A stretch of 64,000 nt of DNA from Nitrososphaerales archaeon (GCA_965197925.1 CBDAOC010000019.1:384001-448000), one strand, 5' to 3'. Counted from the stretch's first letter, positions 1 through 12,379 are shown. Numbers and translations: made by a program. The notes: generated from the letters alone by a model not told the origin.

Positions 1-425
1 ACCTCAGGCATCATCCCTGCTATACCAGCTCTCACATCTTTCACAATTGCCATAGCAGGGTTAAGTGTAACTACTACATCCCCTAACTCTGTTATTGTGC
101 CCATTCTGATCTGTATCTGTTCCAGTGCCATTCTAGCATGATTGACTATTTTGTTTATTTTACGAATCTGTGACAATTCATTGGATAACACTGTTGAGTA
201 TTCCATATCATGTTGTTGTACCGCTAACACTATCTTTCTGAACATCATTTGATCTCTTTCTCTTAATTTCGTAGATACGGAATCTAGCCTAGACATTTGC
301 ACCTGTAATTTTCTCTGGGCCTGTTCAACACGTGATTTCAATCCTGGAGCAGGTCTAAGAGTGCGTTTCATTCTTTCAGCAAAGCCTGGCTTGTCCGACT
401 TACTCCATTTCGATATAAAGGACAC
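1..425 (-). CDS. cdvB: ESCRT-III/Snf7-family cell division protein CdvB paralogue (3' end runs off window)
   Basis: Not in the ORF track. Manual translation from GTG at 425 gives MSFISKWSKSDKPGFAERMKRTLRPAPGLKSRVEQAQRKLQVQMSRLD...MALEQIQIRMGTITELGDVVVTLNPAM, typical of archaeal CdvB. Confidence 0.85.
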   Translation of the reverse strand, partial: MSFISKWSKSDKPGFAERMKRTLRPAPGLKSRVEQAQRKLQVQMSRLDSVSTKLRERDQMMFRKIVLAVQQHDMEYSTVLSNELSQIRKINKIVNHARMALEQIQIRMGTITELGDVVVTLNPAMAIVKDVRAGIAGMMPE

Positions 426-556
426 ATTAACCTCTGCATTATTAGACTTAAAAGAGATTATGTTACCACAGCTTTTATCACCATGGTAACAAAGAGATGG
501 GATACAATAATTCTGCTCTCAATTATGATTAATATAACAATTAATACATTCATAAA

Positions 557-1711
557 TCAGATTAGTGACATTTTCTGCACAGTTTCACCGAATGCGTGTA
601 AAGCATCGTCAATATATTTTTCGAGTAATGTGGTAATCGACACCCTTATTCTCGCACCGCCTTTACTTACAGTAGGATATCGAATTCCTTGGGCAAAAAC
701 ACCCTCCTTTATTAGTAATTGCGAAAACATTAAGGTCCTTTTTTCATCACCTATGATGATAGGTAATATATGGCCAGATGAACCCACATTCAAACCCGCC
801 TCTAGCAATCCCTTTCTAAATTTATACACGTTATCCCAGAGTTTCTTCTGAAGTGAACCTTTTGAAGAAATTTTCAGTGCCATTGAAGCGGCCGATGCAA
901 ATCCGAAAGGCAATGCAGATGTATAGATGAATTGTCTAGATTTGTTGATCAAATATTCTACTAGATCAGTATTTCCAGCAACGTAACCACCAAAACAACC
1001 AAGACCCTTACTCATACTGCTTACGATAACATCCACATACTTTTCTGCGTTCAAGTGTTCAGCGGTTCCTCTAAAATGTTCACCATAAACGAAATCACCA
1101 TGGGCGTCATCAACTATGAATAATGCATTATTCTCATGTGAGATTTTACCAATCTCCTTCAACTTTGCACAATCACCATCCATACTAAATACACCCTCCG
1201 TAACTACAAGTTTACGTTTATGTTGTGAACCAGCCAATTTAGATAACAAATCTTCAACATTGTTGTGCTTGAACACCTTTACATTGGCCTTACTCAAATT
1301 GCAGGCATCTACTATACTAGCATGGTTTATTTCATCACTAAGGATAAGATCTCCCTTTCTCCCAAGGCTGGTGAGGACGCCTAGGTTAGCCATATAACCG
1401 GTTGGGTAGACGAGGGCTCTTTCACGACGCTTCTGTTTAGCCAATTCATATTCAAGTTGTTCTAGAAAATGGTTACTACCTGAGACCAGCCTGGAACTAC
1501 ATTGAGATATCCCATTATTTATCGCATGTATCATGGTCTTAATTACTTGCTTATTGCATGATAATCCCAAATAGTCATTTGAACAAAGAAGAATCAAATC
1601 TTTACCATTGACCTTAACAATAGGTCCCATAGCTTCAACATTTACTAAATTCCTGTATAGATTCTCATGTTGCAAAAAATCTAATTCATTTCGAAGATTC
1701 ACATTTTTCAT
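557..1711 (-). CDS. bioF: 8-amino-7-oxononanoate synthase
   Basis: SNDYLGL, NHASIVD, TEGVFSMDGD, DDAHG, SMSKGLG (PLP Lys); bio cluster. Confidence 0.93.
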   Translation of the reverse strand: MKNVNLRNELDFLQHENLYRNLVNVEAMGPIVKVNGKDLILLCSNDYLGLSCNKQVIKTMIHAINNGISQCSSRLVSGSNHFLEQLEYELAKQKRRERALVYPTGYMANLGVLTSLGRKGDLILSDEINHASIVDACNLSKANVKVFKHNNVEDLLSKLAGSQHKRKLVVTEGVFSMDGDCAKLKEIGKISHENNALFIVDDAHGDFVYGEHFRGTAEHLNAEKYVDVIVSSMSKGLGCFGGYVAGNTDLVEYLINKSRQFIYTSALPFGFASAASMALKISSKGSLQKKLWDNVYKFRKGLLEAGLNVGSSGHILPIIIGDEKRTLMFSQLLIKEGVFAQGIRYPTVSKGGARIRVSITTLLEKYIDDALHAFGETVQKMSLI

Positions 1712-2688
1712 GCTTTGAGGCCAAGTGCCTTTATCAACCTTATATCTTTCTCCGGTTGATTACCACCAACAGTAAGATAACCACCAGTGATTATTCCGTT
1801 TGCGCCTCCTAAAAGGGCAAGTGATTGCAATTCTCCTAGATGAACTTCTCTACCGCCTGCAATCTTTATTATTGATCTGGGTAGTATGAACCGATAGACA
1901 GCTATGGTCTTTATCACTTCCATAGAATCTAACGACTTCATTCCTGCTAATGGAGTTCCAGGTCTAGGCAACAAAATATTCACAGGGAATTCTTCCGGTT
2001 CCAGTTCGCTTGCTTCAAAAGCAAGCTCTAACCTTTGCACTCCTGTCTCCCCCATTCCTAATATTCCCCCAGAACAAAGCTGCAATCCACAGGATTTTAC
2101 CATCTTGGCAGTATTCATCCTATCGTAATAAGTGTGGGTACTGCAAATCCTCTCAAAGAAACTCTTACTTGCTTCCAAGTTATGGTTGTATCTCTTCACT
2201 CCAATTTCCTTAAGTTTCTTAGTTCTTTTTTCAGTGAGAAATCCCAATGAGCAGTTTACATCAAGACCCACGACTTCTTTAATAGTCTTCATTATACTAC
2301 AAATGTCCTCGAAGTTTTCTTCAGTCGGTTCTCTCCACGCACATACAAGACAGAAACTCTTCACCCCACTGTTTTTTGCTATACCAGCAGCTTCAAGAAT
2401 CGTTTCTTTACCTAGCAACGGATACTTTGATACATCAGTTTCATAATGAGCTGATTGAGTACAGAACGTACAGTCTTCTGCACAGCCTCCCGATTTCGCA
2501 TTTATTAGGCTCTCTACATCTACAGAATTACCATTCAATTCCCTGCAAATAGTATTGGCAGCCTCGGCGAGTTCCATTATATACTTATTGTCAAGGTTGA
2601 GAAGTTCATTTGCCTCATACATCGTAATTTTGTTGCCACCTAGGACCTTGTTCATACAGGAATAAATGCAATCTGAAGCATTTTGCAT
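1708..2688 (-). CDS. bioB: Biotin synthase (radical SAM)
   Basis: CAEDCTFCTQS CX3CX2C, YNHNLE, CSGGILGMGE, IAGGRE. Confidence 0.96.
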   Translation of the reverse strand: MQNASDCIYSCMNKVLGGNKITMYEANELLNLDNKYIMELAEAANTICRELNGNSVDVESLINAKSGGCAEDCTFCTQSAHYETDVSKYPLLGKETILEAAGIAKNSGVKSFCLVCAWREPTEENFEDICSIMKTIKEVVGLDVNCSLGFLTEKRTKKLKEIGVKRYNHNLEASKSFFERICSTHTYYDRMNTAKMVKSCGLQLCSGGILGMGETGVQRLELAFEASELEPEEFPVNILLPRPGTPLAGMKSLDSMEVIKTIAVYRFILPRSIIKIAGGREVHLGELQSLALLGGANGIITGGYLTVGGNQPEKDIRLIKALGLKA

Positions 2689-2736
2689 ATAGGCTAACGT
2701 TGTAAACCTGTAATTAAAATTTTGGTTTACAACTAT

Positions 2737-4077
2737 TCATCTTTTTTTCTGTACATATTTTATTATCTCAATAGTAACATCAAGGAGTACATTCAATTCT
2801 TTTACTGGGATCGCAAGTGGAGGCACTAGTAGTATTATATGCGCAAGGGGCCTCAGAAATACTCCACGTTTCAACGATTCCCTCATAATTAGGTTAGTGA
2901 TCCTCTTTTTCTTTATCGTTAAAGGTTCCTTACTTTTCTTATCATTTACCAATTCAATACCTGCCAACATCCCTTTATGCCTGATATCACCTACTATGTC
3001 CAAGTTTTCTATCTCACCCAGGCGTTTGCTTATTATTCTAGCTTTTCTTTGCACATCCTCAATCAATTTTTCCTTTTTATACAATTGTAAGTTAGTTGTC
3101 GCTATAGCACAGGCAGTAGGATTGCCTGTAAACGTATGGCCGTGAAACAGATGTTTGCGTTCATCGTATTCACCCAGAAATGAGTCAAAGATATCTTCTG
3201 TTGAAAGTGTTACTGCAAGTGGTAAATATCCAGCAGTAAGCATCTTGCCAAATGCCACTATATCTGGGGTTGACTCTTGATTAATATATTCAATCATAGA
3301 ACCTAACCTACCAAATCCCACGGCAATCTCGTCAAGTATCAATAGTGTATTATACTTCTCACATAGTTTCTTGATCTCCTTCTGGTAACCATCAGCATAG
3401 ATAATAACTCCTCCCGCAACCTGTGCTCCACTCTCCATTATTACAGCAGCGACATTGTTATCATTCCTCAATATTCTTTCCATAGAATTTATACAATCAT
3501 TTATGAAATCCTCCTCACTCATCTTGTTGGCCCTTCTGTAAAGATAGGGTGAAGGTGCTCTTTTTACACCGAAGAGTATATTCTGATAATTGTTGAAGAA
3601 ACTTTCTATATACCCAACAGACATAGCACCTATGGTATCCCCATGATAACCATTTTTCAGCGCTACAAACCTATTTTTATTCGGTTTTCCTAAATTGCGC
3701 CAGTACTGTAGTGCCATCTTTATTGCTACCTCAATTGCGGTAGAACCATTATCTGAATAAAATACTCTAGACATTCCTTTTGCTTGTTTTATCAACATCT
3801 GTGCCAAACGTATAGAAGGTTCGTTTGCTAAACCAAAAAGAGTAGAATGCTGTACTTTCTTTACCTGTCCTATCATAGCATTTATAATTTCTTTTCTTGT
3901 ATGCCCCCAGACGTTGCACCACATACTCCCAACGCCATCCAAATATCTAATGTTATTAGTATCTATTAACCAAGACCCTCTTGCTTTATTTATGATCTTA
4001 ACATCAATCTCCTGCCAATCCTTCATCTGTGTGTATGGATGCCAGACGTACTTCTTATCGAGGTCCTTGAGATTCAA
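2737..4077 (-). CDS. bioA: Adenosylmethionine-8-amino-7-oxononanoate aminotransferase
   Basis: WHPYTQM, SDNGSTAIEVAIKMA, GYHGDT, DEIAVGFGR, HGHTFTGNP. Confidence 0.95.
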   Translation of the reverse strand: MNLKDLDKKYVWHPYTQMKDWQEIDVKIINKARGSWLIDTNNIRYLDGVGSMWCNVWGHTRKEIINAMIGQVKKVQHSTLFGLANEPSIRLAQMLIKQAKGMSRVFYSDNGSTAIEVAIKMALQYWRNLGKPNKNRFVALKNGYHGDTIGAMSVGYIESFFNNYQNILFGVKRAPSPYLYRRANKMSEEDFINDCINSMERILRNDNNVAAVIMESGAQVAGGVIIYADGYQKEIKKLCEKYNTLLILDEIAVGFGRLGSMIEYINQESTPDIVAFGKMLTAGYLPLAVTLSTEDIFDSFLGEYDERKHLFHGHTFTGNPTACAIATTNLQLYKKEKLIEDVQRKARIISKRLGEIENLDIVGDIRHKGMLAGIELVNDKKSKEPLTIKKKRITNLIMRESLKRGVFLRPLAHIILLVPPLAIPVKELNVLLDVTIEIIKYVQKKR

Positions 4078-4118
4078 TTCAGTTCAGTTAAGTTAAATGC
4101 TACTGATAGAGCTTATAA

Positions 4119-4820
<702 letters not shown>

Positions 4821-4831
4821 ATTTATTAAAT

Positions 4832-5233
4832 ATGATCCTGAATGAAGAATTCGTGAAGGCAAGAATAGCACTAGGCCTAGTTATATTATCATTATTTCTA
4901 TTACTTGTATATGGTGCCGATGAAGGTGCTAAACAGAGCAATGAAGAAGGTGGTTTCTTACACTTGGATGCTATGGTGAGAGGTATAGGTTTCGGGGGTA
5001 CAGCAGTAGTCCTCTCGACCGTAGCCTTCTTCATTTCAATAAAAGAAAGGACGACACTTGTATCTATCTTGCTTCTCTTTAATGGCGTTCTCATTATTAT
5101 TGGAGGGTTGATGGCTACGATGGCGAGTATTTCTACTGGATCCTCAGGAACAGGCGGTTACGGTGTTCTCGGCATGGGAATATGGATACTAATTCTAGGC
5201 ATAATAAAGGGTCTCAAGACTAGGATAAATTGA
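4832..5233 (+). CDS. Small integral membrane protein (about 4 TM)
   Basis: Four hydrophobic segments; directly follows bioD. Confidence 0.65.
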   Translation: MILNEEFVKARIALGLVILSLFLLLVYGADEGAKQSNEEGGFLHLDAMVRGIGFGGTAVVLSTVAFFISIKERTTLVSILLLFNGVLIIIGGLMATMASISTGSSGTGGYGVLGMGIWILILGIIKGLKTRIN

Positions 5234-5310
5234 ACAATTTAATAGTAAAAGTATAGAAATTACTATATCTAATACTTATTAATTTATCAATCGGGTATGG
5301 TCAAAAACAA

Positions 5311-6342
5311 ATGTGCAACATGTATAAAATGATACAGAAGCAACCAGAAGCGATTCAATATGCAATTGATAACAACGGAAAAGATGGAAAAGAAGCTGCA
5401 GAATTAATGAAGAATAAACGCATTTACCTAACTGGTTGCGGTTCTTCATTTCACGCTGCAATCTATGGTGAATTTGTTCTCCGCACGTCTGGATTTGATG
5501 TTCAGGCGGTGCATGCTTTAGACATGATTCATCACACTCCAAAACTAAAAAATTCTATTGTGATATTGATCAGCCATAGCTGGAAGACAAGAACTACATT
5601 GAAGGCACTCGATATTATTAACAGGAATAGAATTCCATCTGTAGGGATTACTGCAAATAAGAATGCAAATAGGGATGTGGATGTTCTATTGAGAACAAGT
5701 AATTACTATGATGAATCTGAATGCGTCACAATGGGTTATACAACAAAACTAGCTGCATTAGCTCTCATAGCTCAATGCAATATTGAAAAAAAAAATCTTC
5801 AGAAGATCCCTGCGTTAATCAAAGATGCACTAACCAATGAGAATCAAATTAAGGAATTGAGTAACGAGTATTCCAGACATAAGCGATTCTTCTTCCTAGG
5901 TGCTGGACATAATACAGCTACTGCATATGAAATGGCATTAAAGATGAAGGAAAGTAATTACACCGACACAGAAGCAATGGAGGTGGAACAAATGGTACAT
6001 GGTTCGATATCGGGCATTGACGAAGGGGATGTTGTCTTCTTGATAGCACCAAAAGACGGTAAAACTAGACATAGAATTTATGAAACTGCACAAGCATTGA
6101 CAAAGATAGGAGCATCAACAATTGCTGTGACAGATGATGCTATGGAGATTGCAAAAGAATGCACGCATTCAATAAAGATTGGGTATATTCCAGAACATTT
6201 TAATCCATTACTATCAATTATACCGCTTCAATTGTTCGCATTTTTTATTGCAAAAAATAATGGAAATAACCCTGATATGGCTAGAGAAGATGATCCAAGG
6301 TATAGAAAGGCATATGCTGGGTTATTTCTACACCTTAGATAG
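5311..6342 (+). CDS. SIS-domain sugar isomerase/deaminase (GlmS C-terminal-like)
   Basis: LTGCGSSFHAA, AYEMALKMKE, HG, IPLQLFA...NPD; no glutaminase domain. Confidence 0.85.
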   Translation: MCNMYKMIQKQPEAIQYAIDNNGKDGKEAAELMKNKRIYLTGCGSSFHAAIYGEFVLRTSGFDVQAVHALDMIHHTPKLKNSIVILISHSWKTRTTLKALDIINRNRIPSVGITANKNANRDVDVLLRTSNYYDESECVTMGYTTKLAALALIAQCNIEKKNLQKIPALIKDALTNENQIKELSNEYSRHKRFFFLGAGHNTATAYEMALKMKESNYTDTEAMEVEQMVHGSISGIDEGDVVFLIAPKDGKTRHRIYETAQALTKIGASTIAVTDDAMEIAKECTHSIKIGYIPEHFNPLLSIIPLQLFAFFIAKNNGNNPDMAREDDPRYRKAYAGLFLHLR

Positions 6343-6504
6343 CTGAATTCAAAAAATTGTTTACGAGGGCCTATAAGATTTGTTGTAAAAGGACTAAATC
6401 ATTAATCCCTGCTGCTATACGCGTGATGCTAATTTTTGCATTGATAACTACTCACAATCATACGGTGAGATAACCCAACAATGATCATACGATTTTTATA
6501 ATGT

Positions 6505-7233
6505 GTGGTAGATAGCTATAATATGAAAGCCGTAATACTAGCAGGCGGTTTTGGAAAACGGTTGAAACCACTGACTGATGAAATACCGAAACCCATGATA
6601 GAAGTTCTAAATAAACCGATAATAGAGTGGCAGATAAGATGGCTTAAGGATCATGGGGTAAATGAATTTATTCTATGCGTTGGTTATCTTAAGGAATATA
6701 TATTAGATCACATTGGAAGTGGGAACGGATTAGGTGTTTATGCTTACTATACTGTCGAAGATAAACCATTGGGAACAGCTGGAGCGTTAAAAAATGCAGA
6801 AAACTTACTTATGAGCGAAGAAAAATTCTTCATGCTTAATGGAGATGTGTTGACCAACGTAAACCCAATACAAATGAAGCAGGAACTTTCTGATGATCTT
6901 GTCGGTACTATAGCGGTAGTCCCTCTCCCTAGTCCATATGGAATTGTGCAAATCGATGATACCATGATTGTTTCGGGTTTTTCTGAAAAACCAAAGATAA
7001 ATGAATTTTGGATAAATGCTGGATTATACTGTTTTACAAACAAAATCTTTGACTATCTGCCTGAATCAGGTAATATTGAAAACACCGCTCTACCAACACT
7101 TGCCAAAGAGAAAAAGCTGAAGGCGGTAAAATTTGAAGATAGAATGTGGCGTTCAATTGATTCGCATAAGGACATTGAAGAAGCAAGTAAGGAAATGGAA
7201 CTGCTATCCAATAAAACAACAATAACAAAGTAG
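6505..7233 (+). CDS. Sugar-phosphate nucleotidyltransferase
   Basis: MKAVILAGGFGKRLKPLTDEIPKPM, PLGTAGAL, NGDVL; start probably the ATG at 6523. Confidence 0.9.
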   Translation: MVDSYNMKAVILAGGFGKRLKPLTDEIPKPMIEVLNKPIIEWQIRWLKDHGVNEFILCVGYLKEYILDHIGSGNGLGVYAYYTVEDKPLGTAGALKNAENLLMSEEKFFMLNGDVLTNVNPIQMKQELSDDLVGTIAVVPLPSPYGIVQIDDTMIVSGFSEKPKINEFWINAGLYCFTNKIFDYLPESGNIENTALPTLAKEKKLKAVKFEDRMWRSIDSHKDIEEASKEMELLSNKTTITK

Positions 7234-7292
7234 CATCTTTCAGAATTCGAATTCTGAAAGATTAATCTATATACCGTCCCTACATCAATTTT

Positions 7293-8264
7293 ATGCGTTT
7301 GGGATTCAGCCTTGGTACACTGCTAGTCCACGAGGATGTCCTGCGGTGTGCAATATTAGCAGAAAAACGAGGTGTGGAATCTATATGGATTCCTGAATCC
7401 TGGGCAAGAGAATCATTTGTAACACTAGGCAATATTGCCGCATTAACAAAACAAATACTCCTTGGTACAGGAATAGTAAGTATCTACTCAAGAACTCCTG
7501 CCACTATAGCAATGGCTATTGCAACCTTGGACACTATGTCAAAAGGCAGAGCATTCCTTGGTCTCGGCGCTAGTAGCAAAGTGCTTGTTGAAAATTGGCA
7601 TGGGAAGAAATTTTCTCATCATTTAAGCAGAATGCGTGAGTGTGTTGAAATAATCCAATCAATCATCAAAGGGAATACGGTCAATTATGAAGGGAAAGTT
7701 AATACCATCAGAAACTTCAAACTTGGATTCAAACCTGAACGTAATCATATACCAGTTTACATAGCAGCTACAAATGAAAGGATGATGAAGTTATCCACAG
7801 TGATTGCTGATGGGGTTGTGTTATTTTTACGACCGGTTTCTGAATTAAGAAAAGCTGTAAGTTCGTTGAAAAAGCTCACTCATAATAGAAATTTTGATAT
7901 CATATGTGTCATAATCACATCCATTGCGAAAGAGAGAGAATTTGCGAGAGACAGAGCGAGAAAAACCCTGGCATTCTATGCTGCTGTAGGTAATATATAC
8001 GGGGAATTCTTATCCTCTATTGGTTTCAAGAATGAGGTTTTAGAGATAACCGAATGTTATAAGAAAGAGGGTCTAGGAAATATCCATAAGCTAATTCCTG
8101 ATAAAATGCTGGATGCTATTACGATAGCGGGTGAACCTGAAGAGTCAAGGAAGAAAATTGGGGAATTTATGGATGCTGGAATTTCATTCCCCGTGATACA
8201 ATTCAATCCTGTTGAAGAACCAGAAATATCATTTAAGGAAGTATTGGATACATTTCTAGGTTGA
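7293..8264 (+). CDS. LLM-class (luciferase-like, probably F420-dependent) oxidoreductase
   Basis: SIWIPESW, LGTGIVSIYSRTPATIAM, GRAFLGLGAS, ADGV. Confidence 0.85.
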   Translation: MRLGFSLGTLLVHEDVLRCAILAEKRGVESIWIPESWARESFVTLGNIAALTKQILLGTGIVSIYSRTPATIAMAIATLDTMSKGRAFLGLGASSKVLVENWHGKKFSHHLSRMRECVEIIQSIIKGNTVNYEGKVNTIRNFKLGFKPERNHIPVYIAATNERMMKLSTVIADGVVLFLRPVSELRKAVSSLKKLTHNRNFDIICVIITSIAKEREFARDRARKTLAFYAAVGNIYGEFLSSIGFKNEVLEITECYKKEGLGNIHKLIPDKMLDAITIAGEPEESRKKIGEFMDAGISFPVIQFNPVEEPEISFKEVLDTFLG

Positions 8265-9376
8265 GTGGTATGCGCAGAATTGCCTTAGCGGGCTGTGGGT
8301 TAACAAAGTTCCGAAGGAGCGCCGATTCTCTGTATTCAATTGCTTCCGAGTCAATTAAAGATCTTTTCAGCAATGTCAGTAAGCTTTCACAGAATGATGT
8401 TGATGCGGTTCTGGTTTCAACTTGTGATAATGAACAATACACAGCCAGCATTTTATCGGAGATGCATGGAATTAGACCGAAGATAGCACATAGAATAGAA
8501 AGCATGTGCAATTCTGGAAGTAATGCTATAATTTCTGCTTATTCATATGTTGCATCAGGTCTATGTGATGGGGTGATAGTGGTAGGCGTGGAAAAGGCCG
8601 ATAGCCCATCTGCAAAGTTAGAGTGGGATATCACAAGGGGGCAGTTCAAGCATCCTGCACATTGGGCAGCCATGTTCTCTAAAGCTCATATGCGTCAATA
8701 TGGTACCACGGAAGAACAGATGGCAATGGTATCAGTTAAAAACCATAAAAATGCAATTATGAATCCAAATGCATACTTTCAAAAAAAAGTAACTCTAGAA
8801 GATGTTCTTAAATCTAAATACATAGTGAAGCCGGTGAAACTTTACGATTGCTCTGCTCCCTGTGATGGCGCAGCATCCTTGCTTCTTCTCTCAGAAGAGA
8901 AAGCCAAAGAATTAATTGATGACCCTGTCTGGATAACGGGGATAGGACAGAGAACTGTCTGCGCAAGTTTTGGTAATGTAAAAGAATTGACCCGAATGGA
9001 TTCAACAATATTGGCTGCCAGAGATGCATATGCTATGGCAAAGATCGAGCCTTCCATGATAGATATGGCAGAAGTACATGATGCATTCACAATTTGTGAA
9101 ATACTGGCATATGAAGATCTGGGATTTGTAGAGAAGGGAGAGGGTGGCAGATTAGCAGAATCTATCAATGAAGAGAGTATTAAAATAAATACTAGAGGAG
9201 GATTGATTGGAGCCGGTCATCCTATAGGCGCCACAGGAGTAGCACAGGCAGCTGAAGTAGTAATGCAATTGCAAGGTAACACAGGTAAGCGGCAAATCAA
9301 AAATTGTAGGAACGGACTCGTGCATAACCTTTCTGCAGCCGCAACTTCAGCAACCGTAATAACTATGGGTATATAG
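8261..9376 (+). CDS. Archaeal thiolase (acetyl-CoA C-acetyltransferase family)
   Basis: ESMCNSG (Cys), KNH, DCSAPCDGAA, EVHDAF, GHPIGATG. Confidence 0.9.
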   Translation: MSGMRRIALAGCGLTKFRRSADSLYSIASESIKDLFSNVSKLSQNDVDAVLVSTCDNEQYTASILSEMHGIRPKIAHRIESMCNSGSNAIISAYSYVASGLCDGVIVVGVEKADSPSAKLEWDITRGQFKHPAHWAAMFSKAHMRQYGTTEEQMAMVSVKNHKNAIMNPNAYFQKKVTLEDVLKSKYIVKPVKLYDCSAPCDGAASLLLLSEEKAKELIDDPVWITGIGQRTVCASFGNVKELTRMDSTILAARDAYAMAKIEPSMIDMAEVHDAFTICEILAYEDLGFVEKGEGGRLAESINEESIKINTRGGLIGAGHPIGATGVAQAAEVVMQLQGNTGKRQIKNCRNGLVHNLSAAATSATVITMGI

Positions 9377-9377
9377 C

Positions 9378-9722
9378 ATGAATTGGTCTACAGAAGTATT
9401 GAAGAAAGACAAATTGAATATTAGTAAATGTTTGTTGTGTAAGAATTTAATTTGGCCCTCAACAGGGATATGTCCAAAATGCCTTTCTAATAATATTAAA
9501 TTGACCACTGTTAGTTCTTATGGAAAACTCATTGAGTTTTCTGAATCCTTTATAGAGAAAAAGCCAGCGATTTTTGGAATTGTAGAAATGAATGAAAAAA
9601 TATGCCTAATGGGAAGGATAATCTGTCATAATGATATTGAAATAAGGGAAGGAATGGATGTTAAGTTGGTCAAAAGTGAAATGAGAAATAAACAATATTA
9701 TTATGAATTTCTACCAATATAA
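9378..9722 (+). CDS. DUF35 Zn-ribbon/OB-fold thiolase partner
   Basis: CLLC...CPKC then OB-fold; directly after thiolase. Confidence 0.85.
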   Translation: MNWSTEVLKKDKLNISKCLLCKNLIWPSTGICPKCLSNNIKLTTVSSYGKLIEFSESFIEKKPAIFGIVEMNEKICLMGRIICHNDIEIREGMDVKLVKSEMRNKQYYYEFLPI

Positions 9723-10105
9723 TCAGGAATAATGAGGTCGTACCTGTTGAACTTGATGGCTGTGAATCTAACAACAACAATTAGCAGCTTGCACTTTCTT
9801 ATCAATCATATGCATAATAGGAAGAGTTAATCTGAGTTAGCAAAGCCAGTTCAGGAAATATTTCCATATAACAAGAAAGAGAACATAATGTTTCAAATGA
9901 AGATCCAATTTACTATTTCTTTAGACAAATTTCTTTATGATCTTGCTATTGATTTTTTTTATGGTTCGTTTCTGTCTCACCTTTAAAAACAACAAAAATA
10001 AATAAAAAATATACATGAAATAATTCATAGAATTTAATAATGTGCCGAGCTTTGTTGCTAAAGTGGTAATCTGGATTAATAGAAATGAGACCAAAAGCCT
10101 TCAAT

Positions 10106-10981
10106 CAACTCATCTCAAAACCCTACAATACATCAAAAATGATGCAAGATTAACAAATGCCAGATAGTTTTCTGCCGTTCTTTCATACCTGGTTCTTGTT
10201 CTGTGAAATCCATTCTTGAGCCATGCAAAGAATCTCTCAACTACAAATCTTGTCTTGTTGTAATGTTTGTAATCATTATTTTGCAAGATGAACTTGGAAT
10301 TTATTTTGTATGGGATGCAACATGCAATATTTCTATCCCACAAATACATTCTGATGTATTTTGCATCATGTCCTTTGTCTGCATAAACTGATTCTATCTG
10401 TTGTATTGAATCATCATCAAGATAGTCTGAAATTGATCCTGTAACATCCATGCATTTTGTACTGTCATGTTCATTTGCTGGACTCAACAGTATGGATATT
10501 GGAAATCCGTTACCCTCTACTGCGGCATGTATTTTTGTACCTGTTATTCTCTTGAATCCATTATATCCAGTTACATTGCCCCTTTTTTATTAGGAATGGA
10601 TGGAGTCAACTGATATTTTTTGTAGATTAATTTTGCCAGATTTATGTGCTGGGTGAATAGTACGTGATAGAATCTTTTTCCAGATTCCTTTTTGTTGCCA
10701 TTTGTTTAACCCTCTGTTTGCAGTAGAATCATCACCATATCTTTTTGGCATATCGTCCCATCGGCATCCAGTAGTTAGAACATGGATTATTCCGTTAATG
10801 ATTTTTCTATCATCATCCCTAGGCCTGCCAGTTTTTGCATGTGGTGGTATGTGTGATTCCATCATACTCCACTGTTTGTCTGATAATTCTTGGAATTTCA
10901 TAAAATAATTTTAGATGTCGCTATTCATGGATCTAAATGGTCGCTAAAAATTGTCTAAATGGTTAGTTTTGAGATGAGTTG
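10106..10981 (-). mobile_element. IS5-family element, copy 1 (orfA 10590-10901, orfB 10110-~10560)
   Basis: Terminal inverted repeats (TIRs) CAACTCATCTCAAAAC / GTTTTGAGATGAGTTG; flanking 3-bp AAT duplication; GRPR..DRKIINGI..TGCRW, ADKG, RFVVERFFAWLK. Confidence 0.92.
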
Positions 10982-11385
10982 AATATAGATATACTGCATA
11001 ATATCTTCCCTTTTGATGTTAATACATAAATCATGTAGTTTATTTATGACATGTAAAATTTTTGTTATTGAACACTTGTAAAATCGGTCTCTGGAATCTT
11101 TGCTTCCTATATTGAAGAGAGATTCTACTAGCAATTATTGAGGATGGTCTAACCATAATCATTAGAATTACTTGATTTTCACCAACAACCTTTAGGTAAT
11201 CACAACAAGTGATCTTCAATACTTGGTTCTATTTTGAATTATCACAATGTAAATATGTTATCCTTCATTGTTTTAAAGAACGCGTGAAGTATTTAATCAT
11301 AAGACTACATTTTCTTGTAAAGTAAGGTTATTTGTAGATGGATTGAAAACGAAGACTTTTAACATATCAAAGATTAACTACTCAA

Positions 11386-11748
11386 ATGAGTTTCAAAAGC
11401 TATGCTGATGAGCGTCTCATCACCAGTAGAGATGCCTTGAACAGGATGGAGATAAAACTCAAGCTTGTAGAAATTGTTGAAGGAGCATTTGATCCTATCG
11501 GATATAAACATGGGCATAGACTATTGGTAAAAAAAGTGCTTGCAGTAATAAAATACACAATGACCGATGAATTTGAAGAAAAAGAATTAGACCTGGAAGG
11601 TATAGAAATTGAAATGAAAACAAAAAGAGTATTTAGTTCTTCAAACAGATGGGTGTATTCAAAAGATGTAAAGAATGGATATGTTTCAGCTAATAAGCAC
11701 TTTGAGTTACTAGCTGATGCGATAGCTCTAGATTATGTTGTTATTTAA
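11386..11748 (+). CDS. Hypothetical protein
   Basis: Clean 120-aa ORF with TTTTAA box about 25 bp upstream. Confidence 0.65.
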   Translation: MSFKSYADERLITSRDALNRMEIKLKLVEIVEGAFDPIGYKHGHRLLVKKVLAVIKYTMTDEFEEKELDLEGIEIEMKTKRVFSSSNRWVYSKDVKNGYVSANKHFELLADAIALDYVVI

Positions 11749-12379
11749 CCATAAAGAGTCTAGTGTTGTGTGAAAGAGTCGTTTAAAGACATTTAACACT
11801 TTTTATCACTTCGTATCTAACTACAAATAATTGCTATGGTCTGTGTACTAAAATCTTCATCCTTTTTGAATTATGTTTGAGCTTAATGCATTCCATACCA
11901 AAGAGAGATTCCTTCACGCTCGTATTCATTGAATATAACCGTATAGGTAACCTATTTTTAAACTAAAGCAAATAGACTCCTTACTGATCTCTCCATTCTT
12001 GTTTTTCAAATTAGTCTTCAATTTCGAAGTGCTCTACATCAATCCTCCATACTTCATTAATGATATTTGTTTTTCATTGAAATGTATGTTGTCGTAATCC
12101 TTCTCTTCCTACGTATCATCTCTTTGTAAATATAGTAATTATAATCTCGCTTGTAAGAAATATGATAGCTGTTATACCAACATCATTTATGGATCATATT
12201 AGCCAATAGATAATACAATTAGAAGAGCCTACAAATATTTGTCCGCTCTTCTAATTATCATCCCTTAGGAATAGTAGAATAATATCTCAAAATTCACTTG
12301 AACGTCGGTTTCGCACTCATATCACCTAGATTAGTGGTGATAGTAAACTTTATCGGGTATCATTTAACACCATCATAAG

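Noticed and set aside
483..4096. Plus-strand ORFs inside bioF/B/A, and similar antisense ORFs over the his, hmgA, thiolase, cbiD and trpB genes
   Set aside because: Shadow frames of well-supported genes with no motifs.
7293..9722. Thiolase/DUF35/LLM as the pimelate supply for biotin
   Set aside because: Only proximity supports it. Thiolase-DUF35 pairs are standard in archaeal mevalonate and carbon metabolism.
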